61,537 nt of DNA, filler included, from Pirum gemmata (GCA_002812295.1; 16 parts of 16 records of this genome joined end to end with filler, not necessarily neighbours in it), one strand, 5' to 3'; counted from the first letter of the whole stretch, positions 33,810 to 47,353 are shown. The notes: generated by a model from the letters alone, not told the origin. A program made the numbers and translations.

Positions 33810-35054
33810 ATGTTTTTGTCACGCTCACTTTTATTAGCTACATCCAGTGTAGCTTTAACCCACGCTTGGTTTGGTCCAACAAATACTGAAAAATGTCGAA
33901 ATGACCAACAAGTCTTTGTAAATACATTAGAAGGCTGGAAACCTTTACCATTAAAAAATATTATGTATTCTTTTCAAGCCCAAGTTAACAACGCCAAGAA
34001 AATTGAATGGTCCTGTGATGAGAGTCCTGAAACACACAAAACTAAGTTTAACCCAAATTCCAAAGTAAACGTATACGTAAAATATGACGGTATTGACGTA
34101 GAGTTTATTGTGGCTGATTACAAAGTAGAAAATGCTGCATCATGGATTGAAGACTTAAAAAGAGGTCAAAGACCAGTGAACTGTTGCCAAGGGGCTAATT
34201 TCGAAAATCAGGATTTATCTGGTTTAGATCTTTCTTTAATTGATTTTAGAGGTGCCAATTTAAAGAAGGCGAACTTAACAGGTGCCACTTTGAAGGGTGC
34301 AGACTTAATGAAAGCAAATCTTACAGAAACTATTTTTACACCAGAGATAGTTGAAGGTGGGAATAATATGATTAGAAAATTAGTAACCGGTGATGTAACC
34401 CAGGAAGAATTGGACACATTTCGATCTATGTTAGAAAAGAGTAAACTAGAAACAAAGGAATTAGAGGCAATGATTGACTTGGCTGAATTAAGACTCTTAG
34501 ATTATGAATCTTTCGAATCCCAGCTCCAAACTATATCGAATAATACTGAAGAGCGGCTTTTAAATAACCCATCAGCTCAAGCTATAGCGGATATCGTGGG
34601 GGGTAGTTTTAAATTAGCGGATACTGTTATTAATGGAACATTAGGGGAAAATGCTACTACTCTTTCCACTATCGCTTTATTTGCAGGCACTCACATGGCA
34701 GTTGTGGGTGCCCCTTTTCTGGCCCCTATTGTGGCTGCTGGTGCAGTCGCTCTGGCCGGAGTGACGGTACACTCTTATATATGGGGCACTATTTTTTCTA
34801 ATTTTGGTAATAATGATATTGATCGTTGTAGACAAGATAATTTACAAATTCAAGTTGATGGTGTGTGGAAAGAAGTTAAGGAGCGTAATCAGATGGTCAC
34901 TTTTCGAACAACTACAGACGGACCTGAAGGATATATTCATTGGAAATGTAAAGACCATGAAGGGAAAACCCAAACCAAGTTTCCTAACCAAGTTGTCAAC
35001 GTTAACTTAGTGTATGACGGAAACAGAATTAATTGGATATTTTCTAAACTTTAA
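33810..35054 (+). CDS. Secreted pentapeptide-repeat protein with a hydrophobic hairpin and duplicated terminal domain
   Basis: Intact intronless 414-aa ORF. Signal peptide MFLSRSLLLATSSVALTHA; A(N/D)Lxx repeats; hydrophobic stretch TIALFAG...ALAGVTV; the N- and C-terminal ~75-aa segments align with each other. Confidence 0.88.
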   Translation: MFLSRSLLLATSSVALTHAWFGPTNTEKCRNDQQVFVNTLEGWKPLPLKNIMYSFQAQVNNAKKIEWSCDESPETHKTKFNPNSKVNVYVKYDGIDVEFIVADYKVENAASWIEDLKRGQRPVNCCQGANFENQDLSGLDLSLIDFRGANLKKANLTGATLKGADLMKANLTETIFTPEIVEGGNNMIRKLVTGDVTQEELDTFRSMLEKSKLETKELEAMIDLAELRLLDYESFESQLQTISNNTEERLLNNPSAQAIADIVGGSFKLADTVINGTLGENATTLSTIALFAGTHMAVVGAPFLAPIVAAGAVALAGVTVHSYIWGTIFSNFGNNDIDRCRQDNLQIQVDGVWKEVKERNQMVTFRTTTDGPEGYIHWKCKDHEGKTQTKFPNQVVNVNLVYDGNRINWIFSKL

Positions 35055-35345
35055 TTAAAGAAGTTTTCTAATTATATATATTATATAATATTATATTACC
35101 ATATAAAAGTTTATTTTAATAAATATTTTAACATATTATAATATATTATAATATTAATATATATTAGTAATAGTATAAGTTAAACTTGTTTATAATTAAA
35201 AACGAAAAGAATAAAAATAACGAATCATTATGTTCATTATTATTAATATTATTATTATTAATTATTATCCTTATTATATATTACTATATATTACTATTAT
35301 TGTTATTGACTACTATTATTATTATTTACATTATTATTATTATTA

Positions 35346-35395
<50 letters not shown>

Positions 35396-35834
35396 AAATG
35401 TTATTTTTTTAAATTAATAATCACATCAATGCAAAATGCAATAAGTTGAACTAACAATAAAACCACAATGATAATTAACAATAAAATCACACAACGATAA
35501 TTAGAATAATAATAATCATCATAATCATAATCATAGTCATAATAATATAATAACCACAACAGTTAATTGATGTATACAATTTCAATAAAATGCCATTTAC
35601 GTTATATATTTAAGTTAATAATCGCATCAACTCGCATGATACTCATCAAGTAAGTTTACGATTGTTGATGGTTTTGTTAGGGTAACCTTATTTAATGTAG
35701 GTTTTGTTTTTGCAAGTTTTGATTTTGCAATTTATAAGATCACAATAATAATCACAATAATAATAATAACAATTAATGTTTACAATTACAATGCCAATAA
35801 CAATTAATTTAATCAAGTTCTAATAATTATCACA

Positions 35835-36080
35835 GGGAGATATGGGAAAAACAAAAGAATCGAGACTAGTTCGAAACTTTCAAAAAAATTCAATCTAATT
35901 TTAAGTATTGACAGTATTGACTCACTTTCGATTTCATTAAAAAAAAGATTCTTAGAAATTCTTAGAAATTTCATAGAAAAAACTTGAAACTCGAAAAAAA
36001 AAAGAATATCATTCCAAAATTGTCACTATTTAATAATTAGGATCGAGCTGTTTGATTCGATTATGTTTTCCCTTTTTCCC
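35835..36080. mobile_element. MITE-like repeat with degenerate TIR
   Basis: GGGAGATATGGGAAAAAC..GAATCGA / TCGATTATGTTTTCCCTTTTTCCC. The left ~80 bp is also present at 20645-20722. Confidence 0.55.
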
Positions 36081-36699
36081 AGTAAAAATCACACTAATCG
36101 TAATATGATAACAACTACATTATCAATATAATAATAAAAACAATAAAACAACGCTTATTATTATTAATTATTATTATNNNNNNNNNNNNNNNNNNNNNNN
36201 NNNNNNNNNNNNNNNNNNNNNTTAATTAATTAANNNNNNNNNNNNNNNNNNNNNNNNNNNNNNNNNNNNNNNNNNNNATACCATGTCTGGGGGTCGAGAT
36301 ACGGCTCGGTGAACCGGGGGTTAGATATGGAATCAGGTTGAGTTCCCCCACCATACTTACTTAGACGTAGCTAAATACCGGTAGAGACAAAAGCCTGTAG
36401 ACAATTGTAGCTACTTGTAGACCTTAGTTAACCTACTGCGGGCCTCTACTACTGACTAGCTAGCTTGTGTTTTTCTTCTCAATGTTGCCTTATCTACATA
36501 TCGATAGGTCTTTTTGCGCTTGTTGTCAACTTGTGTGAAGTTGTGTCAAGTCCTTGTCGTTTAGCTATTCTAAACCAATATTAAAAATTTTAAAAAACGT
36601 CCAAATAGACTAGTTGGAATCTACAAATGATCATGACAAACAGTATCATAGTATAAAACAAATAAGAAGAAAATCCCAAAACAAAAACCTTTAATTAAT

Positions 36700-37320
36700 T
36701 AAAATGATAACAACCTAAACAACCTATGGAACATAGAACAAAATGAATGGGAAAAGATAATTAAAAATAGAAGAATCAATATTAATACAAAAAGAATACC
36801 GAAAATACTAAAAAGTCACATATGGACACTAAAAATAATAAGAAAACCAACAAGACAGTGGACGTCAAAACCCCAACCTTTTCAATGTCAATATTGTTCC
36901 AAAGAATTTCCACCAGAAGTCAAACTATATCATATGATATCAGAGAGAAAAATGATATGATACATCTTTGAACATAGACAAACCTGTACTAATAAGACTA
37001 CTAGAGAAGCTACTAGAGACTAGAATGGATAACCTACATCAAAAAAATATTACATATTAACCCCAATATAGATGATAACTCTAACAATATCCACAACAAC
37101 GACTACAACGCTACAATTCTAGGAACAAATTCAAAGTTTAATTAAAAACAAATATTTCTACAACAGAAGAGCAATACAATTACTCATCATAGACTATCTA
37201 CTATGGTCTTATTATGAAAAAACAGCAAATCACAAGCAACTGACAATCAAATCATTAACTTATACCAAAGTATTATGAAACAAATCAACAAAATACAAGT
37301 TATACAACTGTATTACATTT
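36700..37320 (+). mobile_element. Decayed dispersed repeat with a zinc-finger remnant, possibly the 3' end of a non-LTR retrotransposon
   Basis: Copies at about 41115-41600(+) and 39120-39605(-). Encodes FQCQYCSKEF...EHRQ.C, preceded by NLWNIEQNEWEKIIK. The class assignment is inference. Confidence 0.5.
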
Positions 37321-38564
37321 TAAAAAAATATCATCATATCATACTTGTTTCTAAGTTCTATTAATATTAATAAAGAATAGCTAGAAATGATAGCTAGATA
37401 TAGCTAGCTAGATTAGTGTAGCAAGAAGAACCTTCGATTCTTCGAATTCCTTTTTCTTGCTGTTTTCGTTTTTCGAATTCGACTTGTTCTTTTTTTGGCA
37501 ATTATCTTTTTTTGGATAAGAGTTATTTATACCCGTAAACAAAAAAGCTAAAAAAGCATTTAGAGTTTTAGACTACCGTATGATAGAAAAACGGTGAAAA
37601 AAAGGCCAAAAAAAGCATCAAGAGATTCGAACTCGACTGAGAATCCATTCTTTTATCTACTAGCTACTAGGAGTCTAGGACAAGTGCACTGCAGGCAAGT
37701 ATAATAATAATATTAATAATATAATAATAATAATAGTAATAATATTAATAATGATAATAATATATAATAATAATAATAATAATAATACTATTAATAATAA
37801 TAACAATATAATAATAATAATGCCATTGATAGTAATAATAATGGAGATGATGATGACAATGATGATGACGGTAATATTAATAGTGATAGCCTCTAGTAAT
37901 AACAGTGAACATTTATAATCATGCCAAATAATATAATATTTTAATAATAATGTGCAGATTCATCATAATATTGTTATATCAGTGATATTGTTATTATCAT
38001 GATATCATCATATGACATTATCATATACTTTTTCCATATTTTCTATATTAAATTTTTCTCTTTCTATATTTTCACTATATTTTCTCTACTTTTTCTTTGA
38101 AATTCTACTTCATATTTTAAAATATGCAAGAAAATTTTCTTGAACTCCTTGCAGACTCCTTGCAGTCTGTATATACTCTGTATAATTATATATAATTATA
38201 TACTACACTCAATAGAGATAACAGATTTTTTTTACTTGCGTACCAAAAGTGTATGTACCAAACCGGATAAAAATGGCGACATCCCTAGTTGTCTATCTCA
38301 TTTCAGTTCTATCTCAAAATGATCCAATTGTAATGAAAATCTATTAAAGTACTACCAAATTTTGAGAAATCGTCCAGCTATGAAAACTCTATTATGAACC
38401 AATGGCTAGTTTTTTAAAATAATTTGGCTAGTTAGCATTTTTTAATAAAAAGGCTTTAGAAAAGTAGACCGGTCTAGCTAGTCTAAAAAAAAAAAGATTT
38501 CCAAGCAAGAAAAATAAATAAAATAAAAAATAATAATATAATAATACAAAAAATAACAAAAAAG

Positions 38565-38618
<54 letters not shown>

Positions 38619-39871
38619 AAAATAGCCAATAATTTCACAGGAACCCCACTTCGGTATGGTTTCGTAAGGGGCGGCACAAGATATGGCCCAAGAGAAAAGT
38701 CCAACAACTAAGCTACTACTAGACTAGCTAAAAACAGTAGGGGTGAGATGACGTCATTTTATTATTACCGAACAGCTGCCAGAACTTTTCCAATTTTTAT
38801 GGTTTTATTACTATTAATGTTAATATTATTACTTTAATTGGTAACTATTATAATTAAATTTACTATTTTACGCTGTTTAACTGCTAGTATTAGTAAGAAA
38901 CACGGAACTAAGGTTGGCTCGGTAAGCATCTGTTCGAAAAAAGTTCCATTGGATATCTCACCCCTACTCTAAAAACAAAAAAATAAATAAAATTTTATAA
39001 TAATTATAATAATCCTGCTTTCCTTTTTCTATCGTACCAAGGAGTTCAAAAAAAAAAATACCTTTTTTTTCTTGAACTCCTTGATCGTATAGTAGAGAAA
39101 AGGGAGGAGCAGTAGGTTACAGTAGTGTTACAGTTATATAGTTAATTAATAGGTAGTTTGTTGACTTGTTTCATAGTAGTACTTTTGTATAAGTTAATGA
39201 TATGATTGTCTTTCGGTTTTAACCTGTTGTACTTCTCATAGTAAAACCATAATATTTAATCTATGATTAGCAATTGTATTGTTCTTTTGTTGTAGAAATA
39301 TTGGGTTTTAACGTTTGAGTAGTTTGTCCCTAATATTATGGCGTTGTAGTTGCTGTTATGGATGTTGTTGAAGTTGTCTTCTATGTTTTAATAGATTATA
39401 ATATTATTTTAATTTTTTTTTTTTTTTGATACAGGAGAGCCAGTCTACTCTCAAGCTAGTGGCAGTATAATGGTAGCAGCTATGATAAATAGCTAGTCTT
39501 TTATCATATAATGTATCATAGTGTTGACCTTCAGCAAATGTTGCCTGTGTTCAAATTTTTTTAGTATTAAATAGTGAAATTCTTTGGAACAGTATTGACA
39601 GGTTGTTTCTATAGTGCTTTTCAGTTGTTTTGTCATCATAAAATAAACAAAAAATAATACCAAATTAATACAATATAAATGCATTTAATTTAATTTGGTA
39701 TATTTTATTATCTATGTATTGNNNNNNNNNNNNNNNNNNNNNNNNNNNNNNNNNNNNNNNNNNNNTTAATTAATTAANNNNNNNNNNNNNNNNNNNNNNN
39801 NNNNNNNNNNNNNNNNNNNNNTTATTATTATTATTATTATTATTATTAATCTTACGCTTGCATCAACATAC

Positions 39872-40050
39872 CTTCTCAACTTACGACCAGCACTGGCCAG
39901 CCCTTCAAAGGCTTGAGGACTGGTAACTTCATGCACAAGGTGACGATCGATGTACAATAGGACAGTTTTGCCGTCGTCTTCTCTGAACACCACATGAGAG
40001 TTAAAAACTTTTTGGTATAAAGTCATAGGGCCAGTGCTTGCATTCACCAT
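39872..40050 (-). CDS. LEU1: 3-isopropylmalate dehydratase, first exon
   Basis: [21 protein letters not shown]...[21 protein letters not shown] (LeuC/Leu1 signature), then donor AG|GTATGT. Confidence 0.95.
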
Positions 40051-43000
40051 ATTTAAAAAATTAAAGAATAATATGTATATAACAAGAATAATATTGATGA
40101 ACTATACTATTAACACTTTTAACAAGAACAAGCTTTTCATTCAACACTCTCTATTTGTAATAATATTGACTATATCGATATATATTTGGATAACAAATAA
40201 TATATACATATATAATAAGAGCGATAAGAGAGTCTCAGATTAGTCTTAGTTAGGTTCTCTTTTTATTTATAAGTAACAGGTAGCTTTCTGTCTATCTTTT
40301 ATGATAGCTTTTTTTTTTTTTTTAGACCTTTTTCTTCTATGTGTAACCTTTTTTTTTTATCTTTGGTGGCTTTATCTAGTTGGCTTTTTTATTTATATAT
40401 AATCATAGTCTAGTCTATCGAGTGTAGAAAAAAAATAATAAAAAAATCGATAAAAATAAAAATAAAAATAATATCATCTTGTACTATCATACTAATAAAT
40501 AACTAAACTAGACTATATCAATGAAAAAAAAACTGCTTTTCTCGTTGTCCCTATGTTTTTATCGATTATCTGATAGCTACTATCGATAGCTAGCTAGCTA
40601 ACTCTTACTAGCTAGCTAGCTATCGTGATATCGATATGATATGAATCATATGATATGATACTATCTCGATACTAGCGCTAGCTAGCTAGCTAGACTAGCT
40701 AGCTAGTAGTAGAGTGCTATGACTGTGCTATGATAGTCTATCATATGAGATCATATGATAGCTATGATAGCCTCGGGCCCTTGACTACTAGCTAGCCTCG
40801 AGTTAGCCTCTACCAGCTAGCTACTACAGTATATCGATATGCTAAACCTGAGAATCGGAGAAGGCTCCAGTGGAGAGAAGAACAGAGAGAGAAGAACAAA
40901 AATCTAGCTAGCTAGTAGTAGAGACCCTGGCTAAACCTGAGAATCGGAGGAGGCTGAGATTAACCTCTCCTGCCTCCAGTGGAGAGAAGAACAGAGAGAG
41001 AAGAACAAAAATCTAGCTAGTAGAGACCTACCAAATTCTAAAACGTCAGTCACATAATGATATGGATATCGATAACTATATTGATACTATATCGATACCT
41101 ATAGCTAGCTAGTAACCCAAAGAAAACCAAAAAGACAGTGGACTAGACGTCGAAACCCCAACCTTTTCAATGTCAATACTGTTCAAAGACTCCATGGAGT
41201 CTTTAATACTGTTCCAAAGAATTTCCACCAGAAGTCAAACTAAAAATCTTTGAACATAGACAATTTACCCTGTAAGAGTAGACTAGACTAAAATGACTAA
41301 CCTTCATCAAAAAAATATTACATATAAATCCGAATATAGACGACAACTCCAAGTCTCCAACAAGATTCACAATAACGACTACAAAGCTATAATACTAAGA
41401 ACAAAGTTTAAAAACCAATATTTCTACAACAAAAGAACAATACAATTGCTTATCATAGTCTATTATTAGGGTGTTATTATGAAAAGAAAAACAAGTCAAA
41501 AACAAGTGACAATCAAATCATTAACTTATACCAAAGTATTATGAAACAAATCAACAAATTGCAAAACTTTAATTTAAAAAACAGTAACTATATAACTGTA
41601 ACCTAGTCTAAACAGTGAGATATAATAGGCAGCTAACTTATGAAAAACAATATTCATATTTTTTAACCAAAAACGAGCAATAGTAAGTAGAAACATACAT
41701 TTAGAACTATAAATAATTTTTTAAAAAATGGTAATTCAAATTTCAAACAACATAAAAGTGAATAGTTGTTTGAAAAAGACCAAGGACTTCCTTGAAAAGA
41801 CTCATTTTTTTTTTTTTTTTTTTCGANNNNNNNNNNNNNNNNNNNNNNNNNNNNNNNNNNNNNNNNNNNNNNNNNNNNNNNNNNNNNNNNNNNNNNNNNN
41901 NNNNNNNNNNNNNNNNNNNNNNNNNNNNNNNNNNNNNNNNNNNNNNNNNNNNNNNNNNNNNNNNNNNNNNNNNNNNNNNNNNNNNNNNNNNNNNNNNNNN
42001 NNNNNNNNNNNNNNNNNNAAAAATAGTACCCTAAATTACCTAAATATATATATATATTTTTTTTGCGTTATGTCATATTACGAAAACCTACCCCCTACTG
42101 CGTCACGGCCTGTCACAAAAATCCGACCCTACCTACCCCCAGCGTTACGTAATTATTGAACGCTCCCAAAACAGGTCTCTAGCTAGTAGCTATGGATAGC
42201 TAGCTAGCTACTAGCAGGAACAGGTCTCTAGCTAGTCTATAGATAAAAATACATTTGGTAAATTTTGGAGTTTTTTTTAGAGTTTTTTCTCGAGTTTTTT
42301 TTGGTTACCCAATCCAGCAGGCCCAATAGACTAGCCCAATCCAGCACCTCAGGAATTTGTTGTAACGTATCAGTAAACTATCAGTAACGTATCGCACTCG
42401 TATCGCCCGCGTATCGCCTACTAGCTAGACCGGGGTCTAGTAGGTAACATGTCTGATAATTTGGCACGATATGACACCTACAGCTACACGTACCTAGCTA
42501 GCTAGCTAGCTAGCTAGACAGGGGGGGCTGGTCGGGCTGTTCAGTGTTCAGTGTTCACTGTTTTCTTCCGATGGTGCCTGGGCCCTGGAGCGCCCTATAG
42601 TATACTACTAGTCTGTCTCCCTTTAGAAATTGCGGCCTGATTCAACACTGGCTGGTTTTGAGTTTTGGCCCTTTTCGTCCAAGTTTTGAAGGCTTTAGGT
42701 GGCAGTGAGGTTTTTTACTTTTTTAGGAGGATTTGGGAAAATTTTCACAATTAATTTTAGCGAAAAAAGGCGAAAAAAACAGTAAAAAAACATTACTGAA
42801 AAAACACCACCAAAAAGCTACTTTGAAAACAGTCAAAACACGAGAGTAAAAACACTACTTTTACAGCAAGAAAAAAGTTTCCTTTGATGACGAAACGAAA
42901 TTGCTATCAATACAAAACAATCGCCTAATGTAAACAATCGCCTATCATACAGCAAACAATCTCAGAACGACAAACATTTTTTGTTGCCGTTGTCGTTTTT

Positions 43001-43223
43001 ATTATTATTGTTGTTGTTGTTTTTGTTGTTGTTGCTGTTGTTGGTGGTGGTGGTGGTGGTGGTGGTGGTGGTGGTGGTGTTGGTGGTGTTGGTGTTGTTA
43101 TTATTATTGGTGGTGGTAGTGGTGGTGGTGTGTTGTTGTTGTTGTTGTTGTTATTGTTGTTGCTGTTGTTGTTGGTGTTGTTGTTGGTGTTGTTGTTGTT
43201 GATGTTGTTGTTGTAGTTGTTGA

Positions 43224-43254
<31 letters not shown>

Positions 43255-43380
43255 GGTGGTGGTGNNNNNNNNNNNNNNNNNNNNNNNNNNNNNNNNNNNN
43301 NNNNNNNNTTAATTAATTAANNNNNNNNNNNNNNNNNNNNNNNNNNNNNNNNNNNNNNNNNNNNTAGTAGTAGTAGTAGA

Positions 43381-43423
<43 letters not shown>

Positions 43424-43605
43424 ATAGTATTTGTAGTACTTGTTGTTATTGCTCTTCTAGTTGAAGATGTAGTTGTGATTGTAGATGTAGATGTGTTTGT
43501 AGTGGTATTAATATTAGATCGTCATTATCAGATGATAACTTACTAAAAATCATTTTATTATTTTTAAAACAGCTTATTACATTATTATTACATTACTAAT
43601 TAATA

Positions 43606-43990
43606 TACCCTAACCCTAACCCTACTCTAATTGTAACCCTGACCCTAAACCTAACCCTACTCTAATTGTAACCCTGACCCTAAACCTAACCCTAACCCTT
43701 GCTATAACCCTAACCCTAACCCTAACCCAACCCTTACTATAACCCTGGCCCTAACCCTAACCGCAGCCCTAACCCTATCCTAACGCTAACACTAACGCTA
43801 ACCCTAACGTTAACTACCCTAGCCTTAACCCTCCTTAAACCTAACTCACCCTGACCCTAACCCTAACCCAAACCCTAATCCCAACACTAAGCACAGAAGC
43901 CCTTCAAAAATTGTGGGATAAAAATGCTATTTGCATCAACATGATTAAAATAACCAAATATAGCATATAATTCTGGAAATAAGCGGTACT

Positions 43991-44022
<32 letters not shown>

Positions 44023-44033
44023 ACCTAACCCTA

Positions 44034-44066
<33 letters not shown>

Positions 44067-44720
44067 ACCTAAACCCTAAACCCTAACCCCTAACCCTAAT
44101 AACCCTAGCCCTAACCCAAATAACCCTAACCCTAACCCTATTAACCCTAACCCTAACCCTAATAACCCTAACCCTAACCATAACCCTGTAACCCTTTAGT
44201 TCATACAATTCCAAATATGAAAATAAGAGGGTCACTACACAAACCAGATTTTTTTTTTATCTCTTAACATAATCCTATGTTGTTAATAGTGTCCGTGACG
44301 CTAATTACACCCTCTACTATGGCGTCAAAAATATTAGTCAAAAGCTCAAAAAGTCAATTTTATTTTTTATTTATTTTCTTATTTACCTTAAAACCGTAAC
44401 CGTAACCGTAACCGTAACCGTAACCGTAACCGTAACCGTAACCGTAACCGTAACCGTAACCGTAACCGTAACCGTAACCGTAACCATAACCGTAACCGTA
44501 ACCGCAACCGTAACCGTAATCTTAAACCTAACTCTAACCCTAACCCTAACCCTAACTCTAACCCTAAATCTAACCCTAACCCTAACCCTAACCCTAACCC
44601 TAACCCTAACCCTAACCCTAACCCTAACCCCAAACCCTAACCCCTGACCCTAACCCTAACCCCTAACCCTAACCCTAACCATAACCCTAACCCTAACCTA
44701 ACCTTAACCCTAACCCTAAT
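43606..44720 (-). repeat. Telomere-like tracts including a pure (AACCGT)n variant block at ~44393-44520
   Basis: CCCTAA arrays with unique islands. About 20 AACCGT units grade into AACCCT. Confidence 0.9.
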
Positions 44721-44789
44721 GCCCCTCTCAGATAATTGTCTTGTGACATTCTTTTTTGCATTACTGGGAAATTCATGGGCGGGAAATTT

Positions 44790-46450
44790 CCCTCCAGTTC
44801 ATTTGGATAGCTTTCGAGCTTAGCACATTTAGCACATTTTTCTATCGCACTTGGACAGTTAAAAAGATCAGCTGGATCGTTTTCGAGCTCAGATGAACGA
44901 TTTTCAATCTCAGAAGGCAAAATCTCAAATTCAATTAGATAGTTTTCGAGTTAAGCACATTTTTCGATCTCATTCGGGCAGTTAAAGAGTTTAGTCGGAC
45001 GGTTTTCGAGCTCAAATGAACGATTTTCAAACTCAAAAATAAATATTTTAAGTGTAATTGGCCAGTTCCCAAGTTCAGTTGAATAGCTTTCGAGTTTAGC
45101 ACATTTTTCGATCTCACTCGGGACAGTTATAAAGTTCAGCCGGACGGTTTTCGAGCTCATATGAACGATTTTCAAGCTCAGAAGGAAGTTTTTCAAGCTT
45201 AATTAGTCAGTTTGCAAGTTCGGTTGGATAGCTTTCGAGTTTAGCGCATTTGTCGATCTCACTCGAGCAGTTAAAGAGTTTAGTCCGACGGGTTTCGAGC
45301 TCAAATGAACGATTTTCAGACTCAGAAGTAAGTTTTTCAAGTGTAATTGGCCAGTTCCCAAGTTCAGTTGGATTCAGTTGAATAGCTTTCGAGTTTAGCA
45401 CATTTTTCGATCTCACTCGGGACAGTTAAAGAGTTCAGCCGGACGGTTTTCGAGCACATACGAACGATTTTCAAGCTCAGAAGGAAGTTTTTCAAGCTTA
45501 ATTGGTCAGTTTGCAAGTTCGGTTGGATAGCTTTCGAGTTTAGCACATTTGTCGATCTCACTCGGGCAGTTAAAGAGGTAAGTCGGACGGTTTTCTAGCT
45601 CAGATGAACAATTTTCTGGCTCAGAAGGAAGTTTTTCAAGCTTGATTGCCCAGTTCTCAAGTTCAGTTGGATAGCATTCGAGTTAAGCATATTTTTCGAT
45701 CTCACTTGGTCAGTTAAAAGAATTTAGCCGGACCGTTTTCGAGCTCAGATGAACGATTTTTAGGCTCAGAAGGAATTTTTTCAAGCTTAATTGCTCAGTT
45801 CTCAAGATTGATTGCCCAGTTCTCAAATTCAGTTGGATAGCATTCGAGTTAAACACATTTTTCGATCTCACTTGGTCAGTTAAAAGAGTTCAGTCGGACC
45901 GTTTTTGAGCTCAGATGAGCGGTTTTCAAACCAAGAAGGAAGTTTTCAAAGCTTAATTGGAAAATTCTCAAGTTCCGTTGGATAGCTTTCAGTTAAGCAC
46001 ATTTTTCGATCTCACTCGGACAGTTAAAACAGTTTAGTCGGATCGTTTTCGAGCTCACATGAACGATTTTCCAGCTTAGACGGAAGTTTTTCAAGCTTAA
46101 TTGGTCACTTCTCAAGTTCAGTTGGATAGCTTTCGAGTTTAGCACATTTTACGATCTCACTCGGAGAATAAAAGATTTCAATCGGATCGTTTTCGAGCTC
46201 AGATGAACGATTTTCAAGCTCAGAAAGAAGTTTCTCAAGCTTGATCGGACAGTTTTCAAGTTTAGTTGGATACCTTTCGAGCTTTAGCCGGACGGTTTTT
46301 GTGCTCGTTCGACATTTTATTGACCCTAGTTAAACAATTTTACTTAAAACATTTTCGGGGTCAGTTGAACGTTTTTCAGGCTCAGTTTATCTTTTTTCTA
46401 GCTGAGTTGATCGTTTTCCGAACTCAGTCAGATTTTTTCGAGCTACAGAT
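44790..46450 (-). repeat. 144-bp tandem array (~10-11 units) built from 21-bp subrepeats
   Basis: The anchor GCACATTTTTCGATCTCAC recurs at about 44955, 45099, 45244, 45398, 45543, 45687, 45853, 45997 and 46142. Confidence 0.92.
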
Positions 46451-46722
46451 TTACTTACTAATCAACGTATGTTGGTAGATCATCGTCCAATCCTTCCCCA
46501 ATATCCCAACCTATTTCGCAAATAAAATAAATAAATAAAATAAATAAAATAAATAAAATAAATAAAATAAATAAAATANCTAACCCTAACCCTAACCCTA
46601 ACCCTAACCCTAACCCTAACCCTAACCCTAACCCTAACCATTTAACCCCGACCTTTACCTCAACCCCAACCCCATCACCCTAACTCTAACCCTAACTCTA
46701 ACCCTAACCCTAAAATAAACAG

Positions 46723-47135
46723 ATAAAGATAAAGTATCAGAATTCGAATTAAAATTAATGACCATCGATAACGAACATTTGGGGATCCCAGATACAAATT
46801 ACACTTGTCAAGTTACTATGTCATCAGCGGAATTTCAGCGCATTTGTCGTGATTTAAGTTCTTTCGGAGATTCAGTTTTAATAACTTGCAGCAAAGAAGG
46901 GGTAACTTTCACCACAAACGGGGATTCTGGTAGTGGTAGTATTGCTTTAAGAGCTAATAGTGAGGCGGAAAAAGATTATGAAAATGTTATTATTGATATG
47001 CAGGATTCGGTAGAATTAAATTTTGCGCTTAACTTTTTGTCAATGTTTACAAAAGCAACGCCTCTTTCCCCAAAAGTTATATTACATCTTATTCCTGAAG
47101 CACCTTTATTAGTTGAATATAAGATAGAAAAAATT
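46723..47135 (+). CDS. PCNA: PCNA C-terminal half exon; 3' end abnormal, possibly a pseudogene or paralogue
   Basis: AAACAG| then KDKVSEFELKLMTIDNEHLGIPD, MSSAEFQRICRDLS, FTKATPLS and PLLVEYKI. The terminal YYLAPK is absent in frame. Confidence 0.9.
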
Positions 47136-47277
47136 GTTTTTTTTTGTTTTTAAATAAAAAAAAAAAATTAAAAATTAAAAAAAAAAAAGTGGTAAAAATA
47201 AAAATATTATAATTTTATTTTTTATTTTTATTTTGTTTGTTATTTTTAGTGTTATTGTTATTGTTATTGTTAATTTT

Positions 47278-47353
47278 ATTCCACTTATTGATGGAGTATA
47301 AGATATAGATGACGTTGGTTTTATTATTTGGCGCCAAAATTGAAGTAAACTGA
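47278..47353 (+). pseudogene. Frameshifted second copy of the PCNA C-terminal tail
   Basis: Pieces LMEYKI, DDVGFI and YLAPK in different frames. Confidence 0.65.

Noticed and set aside
43890..44345. Exons in the unique islands between CCCTAA tracts
   Set aside because: No frame gave a recognisable peptide with consistent splice sites.
44790..46450. CRISPR array
   Set aside because: Whole units repeat with no unique spacers, there are no cas genes, and the context is eukaryotic.
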